From assembly GCA_041554155.1 (NCBI GenBank), contig JBFFMI010000001.1, positions 1 to 62,622 of the forward strand: 62,622 nt of DNA, written 5' to 3'. This DNA is from Anaerolineales bacterium. GTDB taxonomy: Bacteria > Chloroflexota > Anaerolineae > Anaerolineales > E44-bin32. The notes under the pieces are model-generated. The model saw nothing but the letters and a program-made list of their open reading frames with translations. It made no database searches and was not told the origin of the DNA. Position numbers and translations under genes: made by a program. Shown piece by piece: positions 47,073 to 56,304 of this stretch (its first letter is position 1; the number at the start of each line of letters is the position of its first letter).

Positions 47073-47861
47073 CTATGGAGATGACGGCGTTTCAGCCGGC
47101 TCGAACAAATCGGACATCAATACCCGCAGACCTTCCATAAACATGTCGAAAAGAGTGACTTTTTCAACCATGCGATCAACATCTGCCGATATCGTTGTGA
47201 CCTCATCCGATAAAGTATCCACAAGGGCTGCGGCCCGCTCAACCTCCTCCTGGAGAATGTTAAACTCGGACTCCAAGGTTGCCATTCGTCCACTCAAACC
47301 TTCAACAGCCTGGAGCCTTTGATCAGCGCTTGCCAGATCGGCTGAGAGCGTGTTCAGGGCAGATTCCATCTGGGATATTTCTGCGCTCAACTCACGAACA
47401 CTCGAATGGCGGCCGAAGTTCAGCGTACGATTAATGCCAGCCAAGATCATGAGCGAGAGTATCACGGACAGCAAGACGCTGATCGCGCTGGACACGAAAC
47501 CAAACCACACGACCTGAGTTGGAATTTGAAATCTCTCCATCGTGTTTTGTGTGAAGGATTCAAAACGATCGATCAGGCTTGGCTTGTCCATGGCTTGATC
47601 CTGGGCACTCTGCGATTCCTCGACATCTTCGACCGGTTCAGCACCTCGGCCTGACTCGACGATGATATATGGTCGAATACGAGTAAGCGTTCGCTCCCCC
47701 ACTCCTTCTACCTGGAGAAGTTGCTCGAACCCATCATAGGGGCGGCCGGTGATAATCCGCTCCGCCAAACCTTTGCCAATTCCAGGAATGGTTGTTAGCG
47801 CTTCCAAATCAGATTCATTTACATTGATAAGCAGCTTGTCTTTGTCAGTCATTGCGTGCAT
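47073..47861 (-). CDS. ComEA-like helix-hairpin-helix domain - TM - coiled-coil protein (1 of 3)
   Basis: LTTIPGIGKGLAERIITGRPY..LLQVEGVGERTL HhH pair, TM segment (VWFGFVSSAISVLLSVILSLMILAG), then coiled coil. Confidence 0.6.
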   Translation of the reverse strand: MHAMTDKDKLLINVNESDLEALTTIPGIGKGLAERIITGRPYDGFEQLLQVEGVGERTLTRIRPYIIVESGRGAEPVEDVEESQSAQDQAMDKPSLIDRFESFTQNTMERFQIPTQVVWFGFVSSAISVLLSVILSLMILAGINRTLNFGRHSSVRELSAEISQMESALNTLSADLASADQRLQAVEGLSGRMATLESEFNILQEEVERAAALVDTLSDEVTTISADVDRMVEKVTLFDMFMEGLRVLMSDLFEPAETPSSP

Positions 47862-47964
47862 CCTTTGTTTTTCAACGTGGATTTTAGATTCATACTTGAT
47901 CTTTCAGGCAACTACAGCATAGCGAACTTTACAATCTCTACCTGACACTATACCGCCAAATTGG

Positions 47965-48663
47965 TCAATCGAGTTGAGGCCAGCGCTGACCTTGATGGTA
48001 GACAACATCGACCACTGGATGGCGCGCTGCAAATATCCGTACCAAGAACAATCCAATAACAAACCCGCCAATATGCGCCCACCAGGCTATCCCGCTCATT
48101 ACAGACGCTCCCACCATCAAACCATTCGCAACCTGGGAGAAAAACCAAATCCCCAGATAAAAGAAAGCCGGAATATCGACCAACCAGGGGATGAAGAATA
48201 AGGGGATGAAGGTAGTCACCCGCGCCCGGGGATACAGCAAGAAATAGGCGCCCAATACACCCGCCACAGCACCACTTGCCCCTACGGTGGGTACATTGAG
48301 CCCGGGCGATGCGATGATGTGCGTGATCGCGGCTGCAGATCCAGAGAGCAGGTAGAAGATGATATAGCGCCCTGAACCCATGCGATCTTCGATGTTATCA
48401 CCGAAGATATAGAGGGTCCACATATTGCTGATCAGGTGGAACCAACCACCATGCATAAACATGGATGTAAAAACCGTAATCCACTGCAATGGCAAGAAGA
48501 GCGAGAACTGCGCCGGCGTAAGCCCAAACCATTGCAACAAAACATTGAAACCCCGCTCGCTCAGCGATGCTTGGAAGATGAAGATAAGCACATTGAGCCC
48601 AATAATGCCGTAATTTGCGATGGGGAATGTTCGTGATCGAATGGTGTCTCGTAAGGGGAACAT
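47965..48663 (-). CDS. Rhomboid-family intramembrane serine protease
   Basis: WFHLISNMW (HxxxN), GASGAVAGVLGAY (GxSG) and AHIGGFVIG (His). Confidence 0.85.
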   Translation of the reverse strand: MFPLRDTIRSRTFPIANYGIIGLNVLIFIFQASLSERGFNVLLQWFGLTPAQFSLFLPLQWITVFTSMFMHGGWFHLISNMWTLYIFGDNIEDRMGSGRYIIFYLLSGSAAAITHIIASPGLNVPTVGASGAVAGVLGAYFLLYPRARVTTFIPLFFIPWLVDIPAFFYLGIWFFSQVANGLMVGASVMSGIAWWAHIGGFVIGLFLVRIFAARHPVVDVVYHQGQRWPQLD

Positions 48664-48693
48664 TGTGGTCCTGAGAACCGGTTGTAAGAGTCA

Positions 48694-48717
48694 AATGGGC
48701 GGCCTAGGCCGCCCATT
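48694..48717 (-). terminator. Terminator hairpin downstream of hsp20
   Basis: AATGGGCGGCC-TA-GGCCGCCCATT, followed on the minus strand by TTGACTCTT. Confidence 0.6.
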
Positions 48718-48740
48718 GTACCTTACTAAAGTTTAACAAC

Positions 48741-49145
48741 TTAGGAAGTTTTAACCTTGATCGACTTGGGTCGAGCATGCTCGGATTTTGGAATTCTCAA
48801 CTTTAAGATGCCATTCTCAAGTTGTGCTTCGGCCTTTTCGGCGTCAAGCGACTCAGAGAAACGAAGGCTTCGCTTAAAGTTGCCTTGAGGGAGCTCCTGC
48901 AACAGCGCATCACGCTCAGCCTCATCCTCGTTCCGCACATCTCCGGCAAGTGTCACAACATCATCGAGGATCTCGATCTTGAGATCTTCGGCTGTCAATC
49001 CAGGCACCGCAGCGGTGATCATGTACTCTTCTGGGCTGGCGTGCACATCCACTGACATGCGACGTCCACCATTGAAGCCAACTGGACTATAGCTCTGATA
49101 TCTGCGCGTGCGTCGGGGAACCATATAATACGTCATCTTTACCAC
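48741..49145 (-). CDS. Hsp20/alpha-crystallin small heat-shock protein
   Basis: Alpha-crystallin domain (DVHASPEEYMITAAVPGL..LKIEILDDVVTLAG..ENGILKLRIPK). GAGGAG SD upstream. Confidence 0.85.
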   Translation of the reverse strand: MVKMTYYMVPRRTRRYQSYSPVGFNGGRRMSVDVHASPEEYMITAAVPGLTAEDLKIEILDDVVTLAGDVRNEDEAERDALLQELPQGNFKRSLRFSESLDAEKAEAQLENGILKLRIPKSEHARPKSIKVKTS

Positions 49146-49295
49146 TCCTCACGATTTATTTGTAATTAAGCATTATTTTGCTCACTAAAGAGATCTTACC
49201 CAACTACTGTCAGAGGAATGCTAAGATCGCATTGGAGATTTGTTAACGGTGAACGCAATTTCGAGCCTGTGCACCTTGCGTGTTATTGTCTGTGG

Positions 49296-50261
49296 TTACC
49301 AATCCGAAGCGAGGTATGAGAACATTTGCGGGATCATCTGGATCCAGGTTGCTGACTCATGGCTTCCTTCTACCTCAATGTAACGGTGTTCTACTCCCTC
49401 CTCCTCGAGCGAATCCGCAAACTCCAGGGTCATTGCCCGTGCTGAGTCGCGATCTCCTGCACCAAGGAAGATTTTGTCGGGAAGTTGTGCTGCACGATGC
49501 ACAATCTGAAAGGGATCATAGCTTTGTCCAGCATAGTTGACATTCAATGCCGGGCTTAAGACACCCACACTTCCGAAATATTCAGGATGGCGGAGGCCAA
49601 TTTCCAGCGCCCACACACCGCCGCGCGAGATTCCACCAATCGCCCATCGTTGGCTTTCTCCCGAAACGGCATAGCGATCTAGAATAAACGGAATCAGACC
49701 GCTCAGGATCTCCTGTTCCAGAGATCCCGGTCCTCCGGAGGTCTGGGAGAATAGCGGTTCAGGTTGGTATGGCATCACCAAAACCGTTGGTGGCCAGTCC
49801 CCATTGTTGATCCCTTGGGCGACCGCCGATTGCACATCCAGCAGTAACCAGTGGCGCTCATCCTGTGGCTTGCCATGCAACAAGAAGATCACCGGGTATA
49901 CTCGCAGGAAGGGATCGTAACAAGGTGGAAGGAAGATCAGAACCGGGATGGCTTCTCCGCTAAGAAATCCCGAGTAGGATGTCCGCACGATAAGCCCATT
50001 TTGATCATCACAAGCAACCGGTTGTTGGTCACTCCCATCACCAGCTTGCAGGGTGAGTTCAATCTCTTCGATGGAGAGTTCTTTTACGGCTTGTTCTTGG
50101 TCTGGAGAACCATCTACTTGGTCGATTTGCTCAGCCACGGCGGCTTGAGCGCTTTCCACGATCTGGGGTAGTGGGTTGTTAGATTCTTGCGCGCTACAAG
50201 CACCGGTCATGATCCCCAGTATACTGAGAGGCAATAAGATCTGAACAAACCAAGACTGCAT
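49296..50261 (-). CDS. Secreted esterase-family alpha/beta hydrolase (PF00756-like)
   Basis: Signal/lipobox MTGACSA. GGISRGG (GxSxG) nucleophile elbow. FLLHG. The start at 50261 (MQSWF) is preferred over the track start. Confidence 0.65.
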   Translation of the reverse strand: MQSWFVQILLPLSILGIMTGACSAQESNNPLPQIVESAQAAVAEQIDQVDGSPDQEQAVKELSIEEIELTLQAGDGSDQQPVACDDQNGLIVRTSYSGFLSGEAIPVLIFLPPCYDPFLRVYPVIFLLHGKPQDERHWLLLDVQSAVAQGINNGDWPPTVLVMPYQPEPLFSQTSGGPGSLEQEILSGLIPFILDRYAVSGESQRWAIGGISRGGVWALEIGLRHPEYFGSVGVLSPALNVNYAGQSYDPFQIVHRAAQLPDKIFLGAGDRDSARAMTLEFADSLEEEGVEHRYIEVEGSHESATWIQMIPQMFSYLASDW

Positions 50262-50385
50262 ACTCCATGTATACTCCACAGCGCGACCAAGGTTTCTGGG
50301 TAATAGGTCCTCTTCGACTTTGGCTTGAATGGTTAGTTTCTTGTGATATAGGACTAAACGACCAGGGAGATCTGGAGACACCTGT

Positions 50386-52755
50386 ATGCGCCCCCGCGAA
50401 TCAATCAGCTTGATCCTGATCGCTACGGCCAGCCTGGCGTATGAGATCTGCCTCACCCGTGTCTTCGCCGTCCAGCAGTTCTACAGCTTCGCCTTCCTCG
50501 TCGTCAGTCTGGCTGTTATGGGTTTCGCAGCCAGCGGTGTGGCTTTAACCCTCATCAGAAATCAACCTTCCCGGAGATTCCTGGCCGCTGGCTTCTCCTT
50601 AACCGCGATCCTAGCCTATGCGGTGATCAATTACGTACCGTTCGACTCGTTTCGTATTGCCTGGGACCGTACCCAAATATGGATTTTGCTTTTTTACTTC
50701 ACTGCAGCAGGTGTGCCATTTCTGTGTGGGGGTTGGTTCATCGGCAGCGCACTTCGCCAGGCTGGAGAGTCAGCCTTTCGACCTTACGCCGCAAACCTTC
50801 TCGGCTCTGCAATGGGCTGTCTGGTGGCTCTTGCCAGCCTGCAATGGGTCAGCGAAGAGGGTGCACTCGGTATTGCCATTGCGCTTGGTTTTATATCTGC
50901 CGCGTTGCTAGAGGAACGGATTTTCCAGCGCAGCATCGTGCTTATTCTGGCAACGGCTTCATTAATCTTCTTCCTGCAACCGCTTGCACCTGTCCGCTTG
51001 AAACTTTCCCCTTACAAACCACTTAGCGTTGCCATGCAATTCCCGGGCGCCAAAGTGATGGCAACCCAAAGGAATGCATCGGCACGGGGTGAAGTTCTTG
51101 CCAGCGGCGGGATACATTCCTATCCAGGATTGAGCCTGACCTCACCCGTTCCTCCTTACAGGCAGCTGGGGCTCTTCATCGACGGTGAAGGCCCATACCC
51201 GATCACGAATATAGCCGCAAGGGGACAGGAGGGGGCTGCGTTCTATCAACATATGCCTGCTGCGATAGCCTACACCTTGCGGCCAGGCTCCCAAGCATTA
51301 GTCGTCAATCCCGGAACAGGTATGGCAGCTCAAGGTGCTCTCGTCATGGGCGCGAGCCAAGTGTCCATACCCACCGATCAACCTTTAATTGCGTTGCTGC
51401 TCGATCAGGACCTGAGTGAAGCCAGTGCTAATTTTCTGCGCGATCAACGCCTCGATCGATATCCTTTTTCGAGTAGAAGTATGCTAAGCATGCGTGACAA
51501 TGAATACACCGTTGTGGAGTGGGCCCTCAGCGATCCTTACAGGCCAATCGCGTCCGGTGCTTTCAGCCTCGTGGAAAACTTTATCCTCACACAAGAGGCT
51601 TTCGAGGCAGGATGGAAACGACTAACCTCGGATGGCATCCTGGTGATAACACGCTGGATTGGCACACCACCCAGTGAAGCGACTCGCGCCTGGTCAACTC
51701 TGCTCCAAGCATTGAGAAGTCAGGGACTCGCCAGACCGGCTGACCATTTGGCAGCCTTTCGCGGTATGCGCACGATGACAATCCTTGCCAGTAAACAACC
51801 CTTTTCTGGGGAGGAGCTATCGATAATCCGGGCTTTCCTCACCAAGAATGCCTTCGATCCTGTCTACCTGCCTGATCTCGCAGAGAAAGAAGTTAATCAA
51901 TTCAACCGTCTTCCGCAGCCAATCTATCAGCGATTGTTCTCGGCGCTGGTTTCAAAACCACAGATCACGATGGGGGAATATGATTTCCGACTTGAACCCG
52001 CGACGGATGACCAACCGTACTTCTTTCACTTTTTCCGCTGGGCCCAATCATCCCAGGTTCTTGCGACGCTGGGGGTCATCTGGCAGCCCTTTGGCGGTAG
52101 CGGCTATTTCGTTTTGCTTGCGATGTTAGCCTTGATGTTCATGCTCTCAACCCCTCTCGTGCTACTCCCCTGGCTGGCAACGCGAAGAGACCGGCAAGCA
52201 TCGCTACCCCAAAGAAGGGCATGGTTTTACTTCGGCGCTCTGGGGGCAGGATTTATGCTTGTGGAAATCCCTTTGATTCAACGGCTCAACCTCATGCTCG
52301 ATTTCCCGGTCCTGGCGTTTGGTCTTGTTCTCTTTATTCTGCTGCTCAGCTCGGGCTTCGGCAGCCTTCTCTCCGAGCAGATCCGGCTTCGCCGCGCTTT
52401 GCTTGCTCTGATCGTTCTCCTCTCAACGCATATAGGCCTGCTCCCGATTGTCATCCAGGAAAGTTTAGCCCAACCATTGATGATACGTGTGCTGATCGTC
52501 ACTCTCTGGCTTGTTCCTACGGGCATTTGTATGGGCATTCCCTTTGCCGCTGGTCTACGTCTGCTCGAGCAGCGAACGCCTGGTTTCATCCCCTGGGCCT
52601 GGGCGATTAATGGGGCCGTATCGGGCATAGCCGGCGTACTGGCTTCGCTCGCTTTACTGGATCTTGGTTTTCAGATGACACTCTTTCTTGGGGGTGTTTG
52701 TTATACGGGTGCCCTGTATGCCGCTGGCATCTGGGCCGACAGTTCACTGGTGTAA
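50386..52755 (+). CDS. Polytopic membrane protein with central spermidine-synthase-like domain (fused TM-SpeE-like-TM architecture)
   Basis: N-terminal LAYEICLTRVF motif typical of the membrane SpeE-like family. The central soluble domain has NPGTGMAA in place of the usual Gly-rich SAM loop. A second TM bundle repeats the FMLVEIPLIQRL-type motif. Confidence 0.45.
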   Translation: MRPRESISLILIATASLAYEICLTRVFAVQQFYSFAFLVVSLAVMGFAASGVALTLIRNQPSRRFLAAGFSLTAILAYAVINYVPFDSFRIAWDRTQIWILLFYFTAAGVPFLCGGWFIGSALRQAGESAFRPYAANLLGSAMGCLVALASLQWVSEEGALGIAIALGFISAALLEERIFQRSIVLILATASLIFFLQPLAPVRLKLSPYKPLSVAMQFPGAKVMATQRNASARGEVLASGGIHSYPGLSLTSPVPPYRQLGLFIDGEGPYPITNIAARGQEGAAFYQHMPAAIAYTLRPGSQALVVNPGTGMAAQGALVMGASQVSIPTDQPLIALLLDQDLSEASANFLRDQRLDRYPFSSRSMLSMRDNEYTVVEWALSDPYRPIASGAFSLVENFILTQEAFEAGWKRLTSDGILVITRWIGTPPSEATRAWSTLLQALRSQGLARPADHLAAFRGMRTMTILASKQPFSGEELSIIRAFLTKNAFDPVYLPDLAEKEVNQFNRLPQPIYQRLFSALVSKPQITMGEYDFRLEPATDDQPYFFHFFRWAQSSQVLATLGVIWQPFGGSGYFVLLAMLALMFMLSTPLVLLPWLATRRDRQASLPQRRAWFYFGALGAGFMLVEIPLIQRLNLMLDFPVLAFGLVLFILLLSSGFGSLLSEQIRLRRALLALIVLLSTHIGLLPIVIQESLAQPLMIRVLIVTLWLVPTGICMGIPFAAGLRLLEQRTPGFIPWAWAINGAVSGIAGVLASLALLDLGFQMTLFLGGVCYTGALYAAGIWADSSLV

Positions 52756-52788
52756 GGGAATGTGAGACTCGTCAAGCCTCTCGACAGA

Positions 52789-53607
52789 TCACTCCGTTCG
52801 ATTATAGTCAGTGGGTTTTCCAGTTCGGGTGAATGGGACGAAACGGACCCCCCCCAGGCTTGATGTGCTGATAGCCCCATCCTCGTCTTTGTTTATTCGC
52901 CAGAGTTCCTGGATCCCACCGATCGGCCCCACCGGGATGACCATCACACCACCCTTGGCCAGTTGCTCTACCAGTGTTTGGGGGACATGATCTGGAGCAG
53001 CTGTGACGATGATTGCATCGAATGGGGCTTGATCCGACCACCCATAATATCCATCATCATTGCGTAGCTGGATCTCTGTATAATCCAGGCGCCGCAGTCT
53101 TTCCGAGGCTTCCTGCGCCAATTCGCTAATGATTTCAACAGTAAAAACATCAACTCCCAACTCCGCCAGGATTGCCGCCTGATATCCAGAACCCGTTCCA
53201 ATTTCCAACACTTTCTCACCCGGCGATAGATCCAACTCCTGAGTCATCAAGGCAACAATAAAGGGTTGGGAAATGGTTTGGCCGTACCCAATTGGCAGGG
53301 CATGATTTGCATACGCCATAGATTTGTGCTCTTGCTGCACAAATTCATGTCGAGGCACTCGTCCCATCACTTCGAGCACAGCTTGATCCTCGATTCCATA
53401 GGCCTTGATAGCGAAGTCGATCATGTTCTGGCGCGCAGTTTCGAAATAGATCTCCGTTGCCTGCGTGTCAGTATCTTGGACGAGTGAACTTGTCGATCGA
53501 GGATCAGCTTGACCAACCTCTATCGGGGGGGGCGCACAACCTGCGAGGGTAAAGATACCCAAGATAATCAAAGGGGTGGAAAGGTAGCGTGCCATAGCAA
53601 CCTCCAC
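52789..53607 (-). CDS. pcm: Protein-L-isoaspartate O-methyltransferase with N-terminal lipoprotein signal
   Basis: GYGQTISQPFIVALM, VLEIGTGSGYQAAILAEL and IIVTAA. The N-terminus is LIILGIFTLAGCAPPP. Confidence 0.8.
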   Translation of the reverse strand: MEVAMARYLSTPLIILGIFTLAGCAPPPIEVGQADPRSTSSLVQDTDTQATEIYFETARQNMIDFAIKAYGIEDQAVLEVMGRVPRHEFVQQEHKSMAYANHALPIGYGQTISQPFIVALMTQELDLSPGEKVLEIGTGSGYQAAILAELGVDVFTVEIISELAQEASERLRRLDYTEIQLRNDDGYYGWSDQAPFDAIIVTAAPDHVPQTLVEQLAKGGVMVIPVGPIGGIQELWRINKDEDGAISTSSLGGVRFVPFTRTGKPTDYNRTE

Positions 53608-53630
53608 CCCTGATTGTAATCAAAAATATG

Positions 53631-54044
53631 TCAGCTGTTGACTACCAATTCCTTGACGCTGGTTTGAATGTTGAAGCTCGGTGGGTTCTCGAAATGCTTC
53701 TTAACCGCACAGAGTTCAGCCGTGCGGATCAGTGCCTCTAGGTATCTTTCGGGAAAATCTGGCGGAACTTGAATATCAATTTCGATTTCCCCCACCATCC
53801 CGGTGACCGGGTTGGTATGCATGCGCTGACGCAAGCTGACTCCCTCGATCGAAAGGCCGCGCTTGCGCAAAAAACCCAGCACATAGATCCCCGCACAGGT
53901 TCCTATAGAAGATAAGAAAACAGCAAACGGGGTGGGGGCCAGTCCTGCTCCACCACCCAACGGAGGTTGATCCGTTTGAACCGTAAAGGGGCCAAAATTT
54001 GCATCAACTCGAGCCCCACCCGGGAACGTAATTTCCATGTCCAT
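53631..54044 (-). CDS. OsmC-family protein
   Basis: Size plus TPFAVFLSSIGTCAGI and AELCAVKKH Cys motifs. Confidence 0.65.
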   Translation of the reverse strand: MDMEITFPGGARVDANFGPFTVQTDQPPLGGGAGLAPTPFAVFLSSIGTCAGIYVLGFLRKRGLSIEGVSLRQRMHTNPVTGMVGEIEIDIQVPPDFPERYLEALIRTAELCAVKKHFENPPSFNIQTSVKELVVNS

Positions 54045-54124
54045 TATTTACCACCTCTTCGATTATGCTATCCACTTCGATGCATCGGTGCTAAAAAGGT
54101 TACAAGCACATCGGAAAACCTTAA

Positions 54125-54155
54125 ATAAAAAAGATGGTCCTTGACCATCCTTTTT
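54125..54155 (-). terminator. Rho-independent terminator of the FHA gene
   Basis: GATGGTC-CTT-GACCATC stem, followed on the minus strand by TTTTTTATTT. Confidence 0.65.
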
Positions 54156-54177
54156 GGCGATAGAGTACAGATCTTAT

Positions 54178-54747
54178 CTAGAAAAAACCCAACCAGCGTA
54201 ACGGGGCGTAGAGGATATCGGGATAGAAAGCATCCATGAACAAGAATACGCCACCGCAAGCCAGAATCATTACGAAACATCCAAGCCCGGCGAACAACCA
54301 GGGGGAACGGCGCTTCTTCTCAGCCGGTGGTTGAACATCTGATGGAGCAACAGCCGCAGGCGCCGGTGGTGTTGCCACGGGTTCAGCCTGCGCTGGCTCG
54401 GGGTCTGCTACCGTACTGGCGACCGTTGCCGCGGCTTCAGGTGTAGCAGCATCAAATGTCAAACTCACATTTTCGCCCAGCGCTACCAGGTCACCCGGGT
54501 TGAGAACCCGCGGCGCCATCAAGCGCTCACCGTTGACGAAGCTTCCATTGGTAGAGCCAAGATCTTCAAGGACATAACCGCCGGGCGTTCTCGTCAGACG
54601 CGCGTGCTGGCGCGAAATTTCCGCATCACCCAAAATGATGTCATTGCTCACATCCCGACCAATCACCGTGACTTCTTTCGTCAGGTCATAGGTTGTGCCA
54701 GGATTCGGGCCTGTGCGCACTATCATTCGGAAGGAAGAAGCCGTCAT
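54178..54747 (-). CDS. FHA-domain protein with Pro/Ala linker and C-terminal TM anchor
   Basis: VIGRDVSNDIILGDAEISRQHARL..LEDLGSTNGSFVNGERL, then the TM segment WLFAGLGCFVMILACGGVFLF. Confidence 0.8.
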   Translation of the reverse strand: MTASSFRMIVRTGPNPGTTYDLTKEVTVIGRDVSNDIILGDAEISRQHARLTRTPGGYVLEDLGSTNGSFVNGERLMAPRVLNPGDLVALGENVSLTFDAATPEAAATVASTVADPEPAQAEPVATPPAPAAVAPSDVQPPAEKKRRSPWLFAGLGCFVMILACGGVFLFMDAFYPDILYAPLRWLGFF

Positions 54748-54805
54748 CGTGCCCTCCTTATCACCTTGGCGACAGTGTACAAGCTCACCAAGATCAAGTC
54801 AACCA

Positions 54806-56125
54806 CTACTTCGCTGTACGGGGCTTCACGAGCAAACGTAGGCCATCCACTCCAATGATCTCAACCCATTCACCAGAACCTAGCGTGCTGGATTGATCCT
54901 CTAGGATGGCGGTCCACAGCTCCCCGGCAACGTGAACCATCCCGGTTGGGGTCAGTTCAGTGCGCGATTCCCCGATTCGACCCACCAATGCTTCACGCCC
55001 GACTTCCACTGGCCGCAGTTGCGCCCGGATCGCAAAGCTTACAATCACCATGAAAAACGCTGCCGTCGCAATAGCGGTCCCAATGACGAGCGGCACCGAG
55101 ACACGTAAAAAGGATGGGGTTTCAGGGGAATTGAACAATACCAATGCGCCAACGACGAAAGAAGCTAACCCAGCAATCGTCAACGCCCCATGCGTCGGCG
55201 CCTTTACCTCCAGGACGAAAAGGACAAAGGCCGTCACGATAAAAGCCAGCCCGAACCAATTCACCGGAAGAATGCCCAGGCCATAGGTGCCAAGCGCCAG
55301 GCAGACCACCCCGATAAATCCAGCGATCCAACCGCCCGGGCTCGAGATTTCAATCAGCAGTGCTTGAACACCAATCGTGATCAATAAAAAGACGATATTG
55401 GGGTTGGTAAGGACTTGAAGAAACTGCTCGATAAATCGCTGGGGCACCTCGACAATCTCGGCATCAGCTGTATGCAGGATTCGCTCGCCCTGGACATCTA
55501 CCTTTGACCCATCAATCTGATCCAGAAGCCCATCTAAATCCTGGGCAACCGTATCGATCAATCCTACCTCTAATGCTTCGGACGCGGAGGCCGCCAGGGC
55601 ATCTTCGATCGCGGCCTCTGCCATTGCGATTGCAGCTTCACCGCGATCTTCAGCCAGACTCCGCACCGTGGCTTTGAGAATCTCTTTCTCCTTCGCTTCG
55701 ATCGTCTGACCTAAATCTTCGCCCTGCCCGCCAACTGGGCTGGCCGCGCCTATGGCAGTCTCAGGCGCCATCGCCGCAATATGGCCCGCCAGCGTGATGA
55801 CCGTTCCTGCGCTACCCGCAATCGCTCCTCGCGGGGATACATACACTACAACCGGTACTTTGCTGGCAAGGATCATCTGAACCATGCGGTTCATAAGCTC
55901 AATCGAGCCGCCCGGTGTATCCAGTTGAACCACGAGGGCCTCAACATCTTCATTCTCGGCTCTGGTTATCCCGCGTTCCAAATATCCAACCATCGCTGGA
56001 GTTAACGGGCCCTTCAGTGTGAGCACGAGCACCTCATGTTCCGCTTGTGCCCGACCATATTGCTGCCCGCCGAATCCCAGCAGCAGGACAAACATGAGCA
56101 GGATAATCAAGTTGCGTTTCATCAT
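54806..56125 (-). CDS. NfeD-family membrane-bound ClpP-class serine protease (long form)
   Basis: Signal peptide, ClpP-like domain (TPGGSIELM..GAIAGSAGT), 4-5 TM helices and a C-terminal OB-like domain. Confidence 0.8.
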   Translation of the reverse strand: MMKRNLIILLMFVLLLGFGGQQYGRAQAEHEVLVLTLKGPLTPAMVGYLERGITRAENEDVEALVVQLDTPGGSIELMNRMVQMILASKVPVVVYVSPRGAIAGSAGTVITLAGHIAAMAPETAIGAASPVGGQGEDLGQTIEAKEKEILKATVRSLAEDRGEAAIAMAEAAIEDALAASASEALEVGLIDTVAQDLDGLLDQIDGSKVDVQGERILHTADAEIVEVPQRFIEQFLQVLTNPNIVFLLITIGVQALLIEISSPGGWIAGFIGVVCLALGTYGLGILPVNWFGLAFIVTAFVLFVLEVKAPTHGALTIAGLASFVVGALVLFNSPETPSFLRVSVPLVIGTAIATAAFFMVIVSFAIRAQLRPVEVGREALVGRIGESRTELTPTGMVHVAGELWTAILEDQSSTLGSGEWVEIIGVDGLRLLVKPRTAK

Positions 56126-56304
56126 ATAGACATTATAGCTTCAAGACCGTTGACTTGTCCGACAGATAGGCTGACTTATAATCAGAGCACGGCACATTGA
56201 GTTGGCATCAAACTTGCAGATTGTTGATAGGTCCCGCATGGGTCAGCGGGATTCTCGGTGCAGACCCGTTGGGCAACAACCAAGACCCCGGAAAAGGGAA
56301 CGCC

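Noticed and set aside
49146-49295. Known heat-shock operators (CIRCE, HAIR, CtsR box, ROSE) upstream of hsp20, the cbpA-like gene (43178-43323) and clpC (33871-33960).
   Set aside because: No convincing match to TTAGCACTC-N9-GAGTGCTAA, CTTGAGT-N7-ACTCAAG or tandem GGTCAAA repeats. A possible pairing between the hsp20 5' UTR and the start region was too weak to call.
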